Of a stretch of DNA of 64,000 nt, positions 50,201 to 60,954 are shown piece by piece. The translations under genes were made by a program, and so were the position numbers. The notes under the pieces are model-generated. The model did no database searches, had not been told where the DNA came from, and was given only the letters and a program-made list of their open reading frames with translations. Source of the stretch: Saccostrea echinata (Eukaryota); the NCBI RefSeq assembly GCF_033153115.1, contig NW_026889812.1:186001-250000 (forward strand), written 5' to 3'. Position 1 is the stretch's first letter. Each line of letters opens with the position of its first letter.

Positions 50201-50544
50201 ATTACTTGTAAATGTAGTAGCTTTTGCAAAAAAGGATTACCTTCAAGGTTTATTAGTTATATTTTCAAGGTTTTGTCCTAGTGTTCTCAGCCTAACATTA
50301 GCATGTTTTATTCCCTTGACTTTTTTTGTTCAGTTGAGGCAAATAGAGTAGCAGTTTCATCAGGTACGATTAGTATTTCATTTTGGACTTAACCTCTTTG
50401 TTTTGCTCACAATTTGTGCTGGTTTAATAATAACGATTGAAGTCCTTAAATGTGTAGTAATTAAATAATTATACCCAAATATATGTAAATAACAAGTACA
50501 CCTGTTAGTAGTTTTACTCTTCTTTTATTCTTATGTCCGGAAAA

Positions 50545-50622
50545 TGGCCAATAAAGTGATTGATTTCACTACAGTATTGGAGTTTTGTCGATTTATAACA
50601 AATGAAAAGCAAACAAGTGTTA
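50545..50622 (-). pseudogene. 3'-end remnant of a further TRIM-like paralogue
   Basis: ccaataaagtgattgatttcactacagtatt matches the stop/3'-UTR junction of copy 2 (ccaataaagtgattgatctcactccaggtatt) and of copies 3 and 4. Confidence 0.6.
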
Positions 50623-50877
50623 TGTATATTTATAGAGTAATTTGGTCAGAATAATCCAAAATGCCTAGCAAAAATCAATAACACGATCTAAAACTCACAA
50701 TTTTTATAACAAAACAATGTGGCTATAAAAATAACAGCTCAGAAAAATAGAGTGTCCATGGTTGGTTTCAACTCTAAAAAGATCGTTTATAAGTAGCACC
50801 GTCTGCTGTGAAACACAGTCCCGATAAGTAAAATGTGTTCAGCAAAAGGCATGAATGCTTAAAGTTCTGTATACTTT

Positions 50878-51052
50878 GTCGACAGCGTGGCGCTGTGGAT
50901 AGAGCGTTTGCTCTAAAGACGCGGAGGATCCTTACGTTCGGATTCGAATCTAACTGCTGGACTTGGAGACCGTATAAACCGAGGTCCCGTGGCTTTGTAG
51001 GTGTTGGCACTAAAAAGATCACTCACTACTCAATGGCCCTGGATGTCGAGTA
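50878..51052 (+). mobile_element. SINE family B, degraded and 3'-truncated
   Basis: gcgtggcgctgtggatagagcg head; gagaccgtataaaccgaggtcccgtg core. Confidence 0.8.
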
Positions 51053-51486
51053 CTTTCGACTATTAAAGATTTTATAGCTGTTCAGCCATGACCTTTGGAT
51101 CACGTCTCGTGTGTAGGGCTAACGGTGGATATGCCCGGTCGACAGGAGATGCTTACCCCCCCTATGCATGCACCTGTTCCCACGCAGCTAGGTTAAGGAC
51201 CACATACTTACATCAGCCTATTGTTCGGGAAAAAAATTATAAAGACATTTTTAAATATTTACATTTGCTATGTTTTTTTTAACTAAGCCAACTATGAAAT
51301 TGATTTGAATGTCATTTTCGTGTATACTCACGCGTAGAAATATGCACGGAGAAACTCAAACTAAAGTGACGTCACAATGAGCTACAGAGACGTTAATAAT
51401 AATGTAAACGATATAGGGCAGAGAAAAATTCAAACATTGAGTATATTTTTGGTGCTTTTGAGCATGTTAAATGTAAACATATGGTA

Positions 51487-51641
51487 TGTTTTTAAGTTTT
51501 GTTTGAGATATCAGTGCGTACATCACACAGACTTGCACGTAGGCATATTTTTCATGAATCGCTAGCGCGCTTCATGAAATATGCCTACGTGACAAGTCTG
51601 TGTGATTTACACACCAATAACTCACACAATACTTAAAAACA
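51487..51641. repeat. Long imperfect palindrome (~70-bp arms)
   Basis: tgtttttaagt..atcacacagacttgcacgtaggcatattt.tcatgaa / ttcatgaaatatgcctacgtgacaagtctgtgtgat..acttaaaaaca. Confidence 0.85.
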
Positions 51642-52037
51642 ATCCTTTAATAATACAAATTAAAGGAATCTCGATGAATAGATGCTAATACTTTTATCAT
51701 ACACGCTATAATACCTCCCTTTTCATTAATAATGTAGAAATAAATCGACGTGCATTTTCCCCGCTATAATAACACTATACGAATGTAAAATGAATGCCAG
51801 CTTGTGATCTCGCTGCACTGACTGAGATGACGTCACTGACTAGTTTGGCATACAGTGTCTATGTACTTGATGCGTGGATCAAACATTTATTGTATCTTGT
51901 AAATATGAAAAAAAAAAATGAATCAAGCGGGATCTAGACAAATGCAGACATATTTTTCTATGTATTAATCATTTTCTTATAGTCCAAATAAATTGAAATT
52001 GTATAAACCTCATTTAAACCGTAAGAAGACACATTTG

Positions 52038-52250
52038 TACAGTATCATACAGTAACTTGTACAGTAACATACAGTAACTTGTACTTTCACACACAGTAAC
52101 TTGTACTTTCACATACAGTAACTTGTACAGTAACGTACAGTAACTTGTACTTTCACACACAGTAACTTGTACTTTCACATACAGTAACTTGTAAAGTAAC
52201 ATACAGTAACTTGTATCGTAACCTGTACAGTAACTTGCACAGTAACATAC
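52038..52250. repeat. 22-bp minisatellite (ACAGTAACTTGT + ACTTTCACAC / ACAGTAACAT)
   Basis: About nine tandem units are directly visible. Confidence 0.92.
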
Positions 52251-52599
52251 TATAATGACAGTAATCTTGCTCACATTACAAATTGAATGCGGAGCAAATA
52301 TGAAACTCTTAAACATCAGAGGTGGTATGAGAGCACGTGTGGGCCTCTAAAACACCAGATGACATGTAGGAACAAGAATCCGCCTGCAAACTGACACACC
52401 TCTCATAAGGCAATTGTTCCGGTCAGATAAACATAGTAACCCGTGGACATTTCATACCGTGAAGTCCATAAATATTTAGTCAATAAAGAAATCAATGTAC
52501 CTACAAATTTATGGAAAAAAGTCCTTTTTAAACATGTTTTAAAGTCTGATTTTGCCTTCGTAAGTGTCTCAGGTAAATTTTTAATTGCATGGTTATTTT

Positions 52600-54437
52600 T
52601 TACTGCAGGTATTTGATTTTCTTCACATGGCTCAGTGGAAAAAATGCTTTTAAATCTGTGACAGCAACAAACAGATTGTCTTCTGAATCTGTACACAATC
52701 CATATGGTTCATGAATTCGGAGACTTATGAAAATTAGAAACTGTCCATCTTGGTCCATAACATGGACACAATTATTATCATGATGTGACTTTGACTGTCT
52801 GAAGTGATTCCTCTTGGACTGAATGGTTTAGTTTTTGGGGCAGATGTATTGCCAGCGTATTTGAATCTACGTTTTCCAGCCTGATTGACGACCACTACTG
52901 CTTTAGCTCCACAGTCAGATACACAAATATCATGGTTCTTGTTCTCACATATGTATTTATCAGAACTACCAGATGAATAAAAAGGAAGACCCTTATCATC
53001 AAACTGAATGCTTTGTTTCTCTGCGGCGAAGGGATATGGTTTTGTTTCTATGAAAACATTATATCGCACAACTTTTGATTGTGTTTTGTCATCACTTTCC
53101 ATGGAAACCAAAAGGTCACCACAGGAACTTGTACAGACACCTTGGGGTCTCCAGGTCTTCAATCTGATCAACTCATAAATTTTTTCAGATATCAGAATGT
53201 TCACAGTTTTTGTCTTGTAATCAGTATAAACTAGTCGTCGATCTCTTGTTATTACTATGTCTGTTGGGGTTTTCCTTGACTTTGTTTTAATTGAATTGAC
53301 AAATTGTACAGAACCTTCATTGATGCTGTAGAGTGTCATGGTACTGCTGTCTCCACATGTCCAAAATTTGTCATCACCCAGGCATGCAATATTTGTCTCG
53401 ATGCCAAAAAACTCCATTCCACTAAAAATATCTGAACAAAGCAGCTTTTTGCGTATGTTTTGGGATCCATATTCTGATGATTCCTGTTTTTCTATTAGAG
53501 AAGCTTCTACTTCTGATGATTTCAGAGACAAAGTAGAGGGGGATACAATGCGCGTTGATTTCTTTTGGACTAAATGAATTGAACTAACTTTCTTTGATTC
53601 TTTTATTTTCTTCATACAGTATCCATGCTTTTCTTCTGTAGGAGACAATGATGACAAATCTCCAAAAAGTTTAAAAATTTCTCTGCCTTGGAATGTCCCT
53701 GGATAGAATTTAGGTACAAAGGGCAAAGGTTTTTGTGGAAGCTTTTTATATTTATTTACATTGTATCTCACTCTTAATAGTCTTGACATGTCATTAGAGT
53801 CTACAACAATATCAAGTGAATCAATATCAACTTTAATATTTACAATTTTGTCGTTAATTTCATCCAGATGATTTTTTAAAATGTGTAACTGTGAGGTCTT
53901 CATTTCATAAACTTCAGCTATAAATTTATTGACAAGTTTGTCAATTTCTCTGTGCCAGTCCTCTCCATGTCTTGTTATGGCTGTTGAAAGATCTCCATAT
54001 TCCGTCTCTAACTGACTCATTCTCTCTTTTACATCACATGCAATGTCCTGGTAGGTAGGATATATGGACTCATTTAATTCAGTTAGTTCTTTCTTTATCA
54101 AGTCTTTTCTTTCACCCAGAACATGCAAGATGTTTGATAATTTGTGTTGGAAGTGTTGATCAGATGCAATGCAAATGTGACAGACAGGAATGTCACAGTG
54201 CCTACAATACATTTCACAACGTTTTTCTCCATGGGTGGCACATCCAGGGTAAAGAGAAGTGAATTTCCTTGACTGAAATTTTACAACTTTGTGATTCTTA
54301 GATATACTAGTTGAGATGTGTTCTCCCACGCAGGCCTTACACAGGTTCAGAAGGCATGTATCACAGTGCATTTGTACAACAGCAGTCTCACACATGACAC
54401 AGCGCATCACATCTTGAGCACAGGCGCGGGGGTCCAT
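52600..54437 (-). CDS. TRIM-like copy 6; ORF 54437-52734 with one late frameshift removing the last propeller blade (ancestral stop at 52600)
   Basis: True start is MDPRACAQ at 54437, after acceptor ttattcag|. At ~52782 the frame shifts (SHI-MIIIV..). The other frame continues HDNNCVHVMDQDGQFL..PYGLCTDSEDNLFVAV..KKIKYLQ* without stops. Confidence 0.85.
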
Positions 54438-55281
54438 CACTGTAAATCTGAATAAATAGTAAAAGTTTAAGGTTTGTTCATAAATATTTGAATGAACATC
54501 ATTTGAGAAAGTCATAGAAAATCACATACTGGGTTGTTTTACGATAACCCATGCCATTCACTCTGAGTTAAAAAAAATATTTGGATTTTTTATTTCAGAA
54601 ATGCTTGGAAGTACCTTTCTTTATCTGAATTTAGAAAGTATATTTAAGAGAACCCATTCAAAATGTTTGTCAAAGGATCATTATTAAAATATAAAATTGT
54701 ATAGATTGTTATTGTATCTTGAAGTTTCTTGCAATAATGCCCCGTGCGTTTCTATCAGCACCACCACAGATATTATTACTCTTAAGAGAATTATTGCCAG
54801 CCTTATTTTAACTTCAGAGATTTCATGTAGACAGATCTAGAGAAAAGCAAATTATAGCGTCATTTGAACTAGATATACTCAGGGATCTTGAAAGAAAAAA
54901 AGTTGCATATTTGTTTATTTTGTTTTTATGACAAAATTTGAAAGAGAGTAGTGGTGAATGGAACCCAGTACAGGTAAAGTGCGCATGTTTTGTGATAAAA
55001 AATAAATTTTTATCAGAATTGTGACCTTTTTTAATACTTCACTGATATCGGACATATGTATTATCTTTAATTACTACATTGGGGACGATTGGGCTTTCCA
55101 TTTAAACTTGTCACATGATTGACAGTTACGTGAATTTAGATAATATACATGCAGCATTGGGGTTACCTGTAAATTTCAAAGGTGCAAGGGCATAACCAAG
55201 TTAAAACTCGAAAGATTAGTATACAAATATTTCAACGCACATTGTAGTTTGTGGAAAGTGTTTCGATCTTATTTAGATTCT

Positions 55282-55346
55282 ACTATTTCATTGTTAAAAT
55301 TACATTTGTAAGACTATTTCATTGTTAAAATTATATTTGTAAGACT
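55282..55346. repeat. 31-bp direct tandem duplication
   Basis: actatttcattgttaaaatta(c/t)atttgtaag x2. Confidence 0.9.
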
Positions 55347-55930
55347 GATTGCTGAATGTTTCGCTGGTCAACTGCTTTAAATATAGAAATAATTATTTCA
55401 TTTTCAAGATTTCCACAGGGTCGCAGCACTTTTCAAATATCTTAATACGTCTAGGGTTTATGTGTAAAAGCTTATTAAGATCAATTGTGTGTATGTCCAT
55501 GCACTAGATCGCTTTATTAAGACCCTTATATTAACCTCCAACGTACCTACATACAAATTTACAACAGTATCAGTTAACTAAGAAATGTACGGAAAGTATC
55601 TGAAAAAAATCATAAAAACATCAAAGTTAATAACCTCTTAAATATCTTGAAATAATATTTTATCTAATGATGAAATGCATTTTTCGTTGTGAATATTACT
55701 TGATCCACTTCTCGCTGCATGCAAAAGGCATCAAATGTTATGGAATGACGTCACCTCGACAAGTGCATCGCGATCAGTTTCTTGTTCTGCTATATGGGAT
55801 TTAACTAACGGCAAATCAGCATGTAATACTAAGTTTTAATGTAATTCAAAAAATCCCTATAGTATAAAATCATATTATTATTATTATTTTTTTTATAGAA
55901 TTGTTAGTTTTGTATGATGGCATCATTGAT

Positions 55931-56242
55931 CTTCGTACAATGTTTAACGTCCCATTCGAGAATTTTTCACTCATATACCGGTGAAGGGTTTCAAATTTAG
56001 ACGTATACTCGGCACTCAGGGCCATTGAGCAATGAGGGTTCTTTATCGTGCCAACGGCCACTGTGATACGGGACCTACATTTTAAAGGTCATATCCGAGA
56101 GACCCCTGACTTTCATTTCTAATGTCGGGCGCTTGGCGAAATAACAGTCACTACCTATGTTTACGTCAAGCGGCCAACGAGAATCGAACCAGGGTCTCCC
56201 GATCACGAAGCAAACACCCCGCACTAGGCTACCTTGACGGGT
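55931..56242 (-). mobile_element. SINE family A-related, diverged copy
   Basis: Reverse complement of the tail, core and tRNA head; flanked by catcattgat at 55921-55930 and 56248-56257. Confidence 0.85.
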
Positions 56243-56502
56243 TATGTCATCATTGATATTTCCGTATAGATTAGCCTCCGCCTTCTTTTTGTAGCCTTAT
56301 CTGTGCTACGAAGTTATTTAACAGTAACACCCTTTCCCTTGACATAGAAAGTGATGTAAAATAGAAAAATAAAAGAATTCGTACAGATTGGAGAGTGGTA
56401 TTGCAGAAAATATCTTAACCTTTTCCGTTACTTGAAAGAAAATGCTATTTAAAGAAGGACAAATATTGTGATATTGCTATAAAAAAAATTAAACTTAAAA
56501 AG

Positions 56503-56735
56503 TTACCTTTATTTTATGATTGCACTCTCTGCCGACCAAAATCACAAAATCTAACCGCTCACATGACACTCACGTTATCATTGTGTCAGATTTGATACAT
56601 ACTTACCTATCAAGGTTGATAAAGCAATATTTCAGTCCTCGCTTATTGTTTGTTATTCCTATCAAAGTGTGTATATCTGCAAACATTTCCCACTTTTCTT
56701 TGCATTAATCTTTAAATCATTTATATCCAAGATAT
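56503..56735 (-). promoter_or_regulatory. Putative non-coding first exon / promoter block of TRIM-like copy 6
   Basis: Donor AG|GTAACT (ttacct 56503-56508); tgccgaccaaaa..ctcacatgacac..gttatc..acctatcaag..ctttaaatcat aligns with 17748-18000. Confidence 0.55.
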
Positions 56736-57597
56736 GAATATGTGCATCAATACTAGTATGTTCATAATACTAAATTAAAGTAATGAAAATTGCAATATAA
56801 ACCAGAAAGAGCAGTACTGGAAAAACATTTCTCTGATAATCAAAATAATTTGAGATTTAGATAAATTACTCTTAGACCATTTTAATATTATGTTTAGATG
56901 AGGGAAACTCCAGTTTCTTTGCATACTTCAAATGTTCTGTTTGACCTCATAATTATATAATTATTTGTATTTGTTTTTAAAATTCTTGCTCATGTAGACT
57001 GAATATTAATTCTGTTGGTGTTCATCACTTCTTTAGGGTTGTATAGTGAACAAAAGACAGCTTTCGATTTTCATAATGATTCTGCTAAATATCAGTGAAA
57101 TTCATGTAAAATAAATACATGTAATATATACTGGAGATTCTTTATTAAAATAAAAGTAAAAAGTAAAAAAAAAGTTAAATTTGATCGAAAAATCCAATGT
57201 TTTTTTTTTTAAATATAGAATGGGAAACCCCACCAGTAGGGGCACTGCACAGGAATCTGGGGATTACTTGGAGGGGTTGACACTCAGTCTTACTGAGAAC
57301 AACCTAGAGAACATCTTGACCTTAACAATGATGCTACTGATATAAGTTTTGTATATTTTAGAGCAAGCTTGCAAATAAGATCAAAATACTCTTATTAAAT
57401 ATTTTTGTTAAAAGAAAATACCGTTTAAAGAAAAAAAGAAATTCTATAAACAATTGGCACCTACCATTGTACAAAAGTCAATTAAAATAATAAAAATAGG
57501 GAGCAGAGTAAACACAGGCCTCTAAAGTCATAGGAGCTGGGACAAATTTGGTGGATTTTTTAATTACGTTTGGAGCTTGAAACATTCATAATTTTGT

Positions 57598-57830
57598 GCT
57601 TGCAGTCCTTGCTGACCAATTGAGGCGAATCTGTGTCTCATTATATCCGTTTCACATAAAACTCGCGTTAGCTACCTGACAAATACGATGTCTGCTGACC
57701 TACCAAAGTAAATGCAAGCATTATACAAGTCCTCAGCAGTCCATTATTGGTGCTTATTCCTACCATTGGCACATGCATATATTTCCTACTAATCTATGCG
57801 TTAAAATCTAAATCATGGAACCCACAGATG
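57598..57830 (-). promoter_or_regulatory. Orphan extra copy of the upstream block
   Basis: gtccttgctgaccaa..tctgtgtctc..gttagctacctgac..ctgacctaccaaag..taaatcatggaacccacagatg aligns with 17769-18000. Confidence 0.55.
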
Positions 57831-58740
57831 ACGGATCAAGGTTGTTGAATCCATAATCAGTATTACTATTATATCAAATCAAATACGGGAAATATTGAAA
57901 GTTGGACGAAATAACATTGCAAAACATTTTTTATGTATAAATAATGCGTTCCGTTTGTACTTAGCATACTGATTCATTACACTTGAGAGGGTTGTTGCTG
58001 TAATTAAAAATAGGAAATACAATCCCAATATAAATAAAGCATCTTTGATCAATTCTGATGCATTTATTAAAACATTACAGAAAAGATGAGAGGATATTTT
58101 GCAAACTAGTAAAAATTTCAGAACAAAAGAACATCCGAAGGCATTAGGCTAACAAGAAAAAGAAACGATATGGGAGTATATATGTACGTCCAATTCTCAT
58201 GAAAAATGTTTGAAATTAGTTTTAATTTTTACCTATTATTTATTTATGCAGCACACACTTCAAGCATAAGAAAAAAGTAATGCATGTAAACTTGAATGTC
58301 TTTTTTTAAGTTAAACTTCTTTATTAAAGATCATGTTATTTACATGATAATAAACATTACTTCTATAAAAAAAATTCAACTGTTTAAGAATTTTTCCGGA
58401 TCTGAGTGTTTTTTTCTAGATCAGAGACGTTCCAGAGCTAATTGCAAACCTTAAATTTTGAGCTCTGTTGATCCACAGTAAATAAAAGATTATACTTCAT
58501 GAGTGAGCATTTTGTAGTACTGAAATTCCCTGCATCTATAGATAATAGACTAATTAGGGCTATGACGGTCAGACGAGTTTGATAACCCTTGCCAATATAG
58601 TTCAGCATTTTTCTCCTTTCCTGTGACATATGGTGCCGTGCCATGCACTGGAAGAGACAGGTGAAAGTCCTGCCATGGAAATGTCCGGGTTGATGTCTTT
58701 GATGGCAAAAGACCTTTATGGAGGGAGGAATGCGATCGTC

Positions 58741-58812
58741 GGTGGCCAGATACCTCAGATGGTTGATCATTTGACTGAAAATTCAGGGGGCCCGAGTTCT
58801 AATCCCGGTCTG
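58741..58812 (+). mobile_element. Degenerate tRNA-derived repeat (pseudo-tRNA/SINE head) inserted in the MIF4G exon
   Basis: gccagatacctcagatggttgatca..tgactgaaaattca..gagttctaatcccggtctg; A and B boxes are mutated. Confidence 0.5.
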
Positions 58813-58886
58813 ATTCCTTGCATTTTTTTCATTTCCTGCTACAGCACAATTATAATTAGTATTGTTGAAGAACTTATGTTTTGAAT

Positions 58887-58975
58887 ACTGTGGTTTCATT
58901 AATATTCGTGGGCATCAATTTTCGTGGATTTAGTAAAAATCACGGTTTCGAGGAGACGTTAATTCGTGGATAATG
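58887..58975. mobile_element. Terminal fragment of a TA-target MITE
   Basis: ta|ctgtggtttcattaatattcgtggg..attttcgtgga..aattcgtgga repeated subterminal motif; the other end was not found. Confidence 0.45.
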
Positions 58976-59699
58976 GTCCGAACAGAAAAAAATGTCATCT
59001 TTTCATTTTTTTTTTCTCTCGCGGTATGCTTTAGCTGGAATTTTCAAGCCATTTACAATGTTAAGAGTACGTAAATATTTTAAAACAATTACTAACAGTG
59101 CAGGTGAAAACTCTTTAATTTATTATTTATATTTTACTTATCTGTATTTTTAAAAGTAGGAACCTTCAAGCGTTTACAACGCAGTACACATGGTATAACA
59201 AGAAAGGGGGAGGCATTCCAAATACCGTCTCCACTGTAAGACTATGAACTCGAAGGGCCAATAAAAATATCGGATATTGAAACAGATTTTTAAAAGAAAT
59301 ATATTAAAATATACTTAATTTTATTTAATTAATCGATGTTTCGGGGAAAAGATGTGCAAGTATCTCAAAATATTAATCTGAATTTCATCTTTTAGGCGCA
59401 CATACGGACGATAATTAAGTGTGGCAACATGATATTAAAAGTAACAAAAATTAAGTATTGGTGTTCGATACTTATTTTCACATGCACGGCGTGTGTTTCT
59501 GGGGTTGACAAAGACATCCAAATCCCCTTGTTTGTAGATCATCCACGCTCGCTGGATAAGACTTCACGCTTAAACAAGCAAGTCGTGTCGTCCACGACAA
59601 GCAATTAAGCCGTGAAAGGCTTCGAAATTTGCAGGAAATGCGCAACATACATACATACATATAGAACGTGCCACGTGACTTTGTGTATGGACGTCAATT

Positions 59700-60404
59700 T
59701 TCGGTGCTCCGAGTTTTGAGTAAAAATGCGTAAGAAACAGTATGAATTTGTGCCATATCTTGATGGAACTGAATAAAATGACTGGAAATAGACAAAACAA
59801 GCAGAAGAAGAGGAAAAAAGTCTAAAGCAGCAGCAGTAATAGCAGTAGTGAAGTCAGTCCCGATTTTAAATATTTCAAAGCCGAGGACACTACTTTGAAC
59901 AGTAATCACGAGCAGATCGAGCGAGATATAACGGTGAGTGATTTACTGAATCAAGCGAATTCTGTTTTATACGTGTCTACTGGGGAACTTAATGATAGCA
60001 CTAGAAGTGAAACTGACAGTGAATTAGTTAATAGTGTATTCGATTCATTCACTTTCCATGACAAGTCACTGGATAATATAAATATGGCGTCAAACCAAAC
60101 AAGCTCTGACTCTGTTTCAGGAAAACTAGATACACTATTATCTGTAGTCCTTGATTTAAAGAATAATCAGGAAAGTATGAAGCGCATGTTTGAGTCATAG
60201 TTAGACAGATTAAAAACAGATTTGATGGAAAATGTTGAAAAAAAAGATTCGATCATTGAAGGATGTGATATCTTTAGACATTGTTAGAGAGACAAATCGC
60301 ACTGACCAAATTCTCACTTCCATACAATCCATACAATCACGTCTGGACGATTTAGAAAAACATGTAACAGGGGATAACGGCAATCACCTTGGAATCATCA
60401 GGTT
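59700..60404 (+). mobile_element. LINE 5' region / ORF1 coiled-coil fragment (pseudogenised)
   Basis: Basic N-terminus MTGNRQNKQKKRKKSK, VSDLLNQANSVLY, then heptads KLDTLLSVVLDLKNNQESMKRMFES*LDRLK..IQSIQSRLDDLEK. Stops and frameshifts; ends abruptly at ~60404. Confidence 0.55.
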
Positions 60405-60954
60405 GGGCACACCCCACCATTTGGTTATTTATCTCCCATATGGTGGACAATAGCCTAAATAGTGTACACATTTTACTGACCAAATGGTGATCATTTTTTT
60501 TGCCGCCAAAATAAAATGAAAACAATGCAAAAGCGCATCAGCACGAGAGTCAGGGATTGCTAGTTGACATACCTAGATACTATATAAAGCGAGTCACCTG
60601 TCATTCTATGTCCGGTTTCTGAGGTGTAGCGAGATATCGACACCATATAGGTACGTACATCTTTCATTCCCTTACCTTTTTTCCTTATAACAAGGATAAA
60701 TCTTGTTGATTTGCATCAATTCAATTAATGCACGTCCTTTCGGTTTAGAACTTCTGAAATTAAAGCGCATAGTTGATGAAGATCAAGATAGACCAATGAA
60801 AAGTGCCGTTATGTTTAATTATCTGTCAAAAAGCACTGTATGGCGCGCATGTACAGCTAAAATGTAATAGAAATTCTTATGAAAATTGCACTATATATTA
60901 AATGTGTATATTAAAATGCAAAACATTAATTCATGCATGGATTTATATTAAAGA

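Larger units (their letters stand above)
56850..58884 (+). pseudogene. MIF4G-domain pseudogene, copy C
   Basis: 56861 ataaattactcttagac..tccagtttctttgcatactt matches 20407 ataaattcctcctagac..tccagtctcattgcaaattt. Exon at 57219 reads RGTAQESGDYLEGLTLSLTENNLENILTL. 58420-58884 has tgcactggaagagac..atgtccgggttg (vs tgcactggaaaagac..atgtctggattg at ~24925) and ends STIIISIVEELMF*. Confidence 0.65.

Noticed and set aside
51100-51180. Fragment resembling a common oyster retroelement end (ccggtcgacaggagatgcttac)
   Set aside because: Too short and diverged to classify.
52014-52316. 100-aa repetitive ORF
   Set aside because: Translation of the 22-bp minisatellite.
54438-54515. 26-aa N-terminal extension of the 593-aa ORF
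   Set aside because: Runs through the splice acceptor into intron; all paralogues start at M(D/Y)PR.
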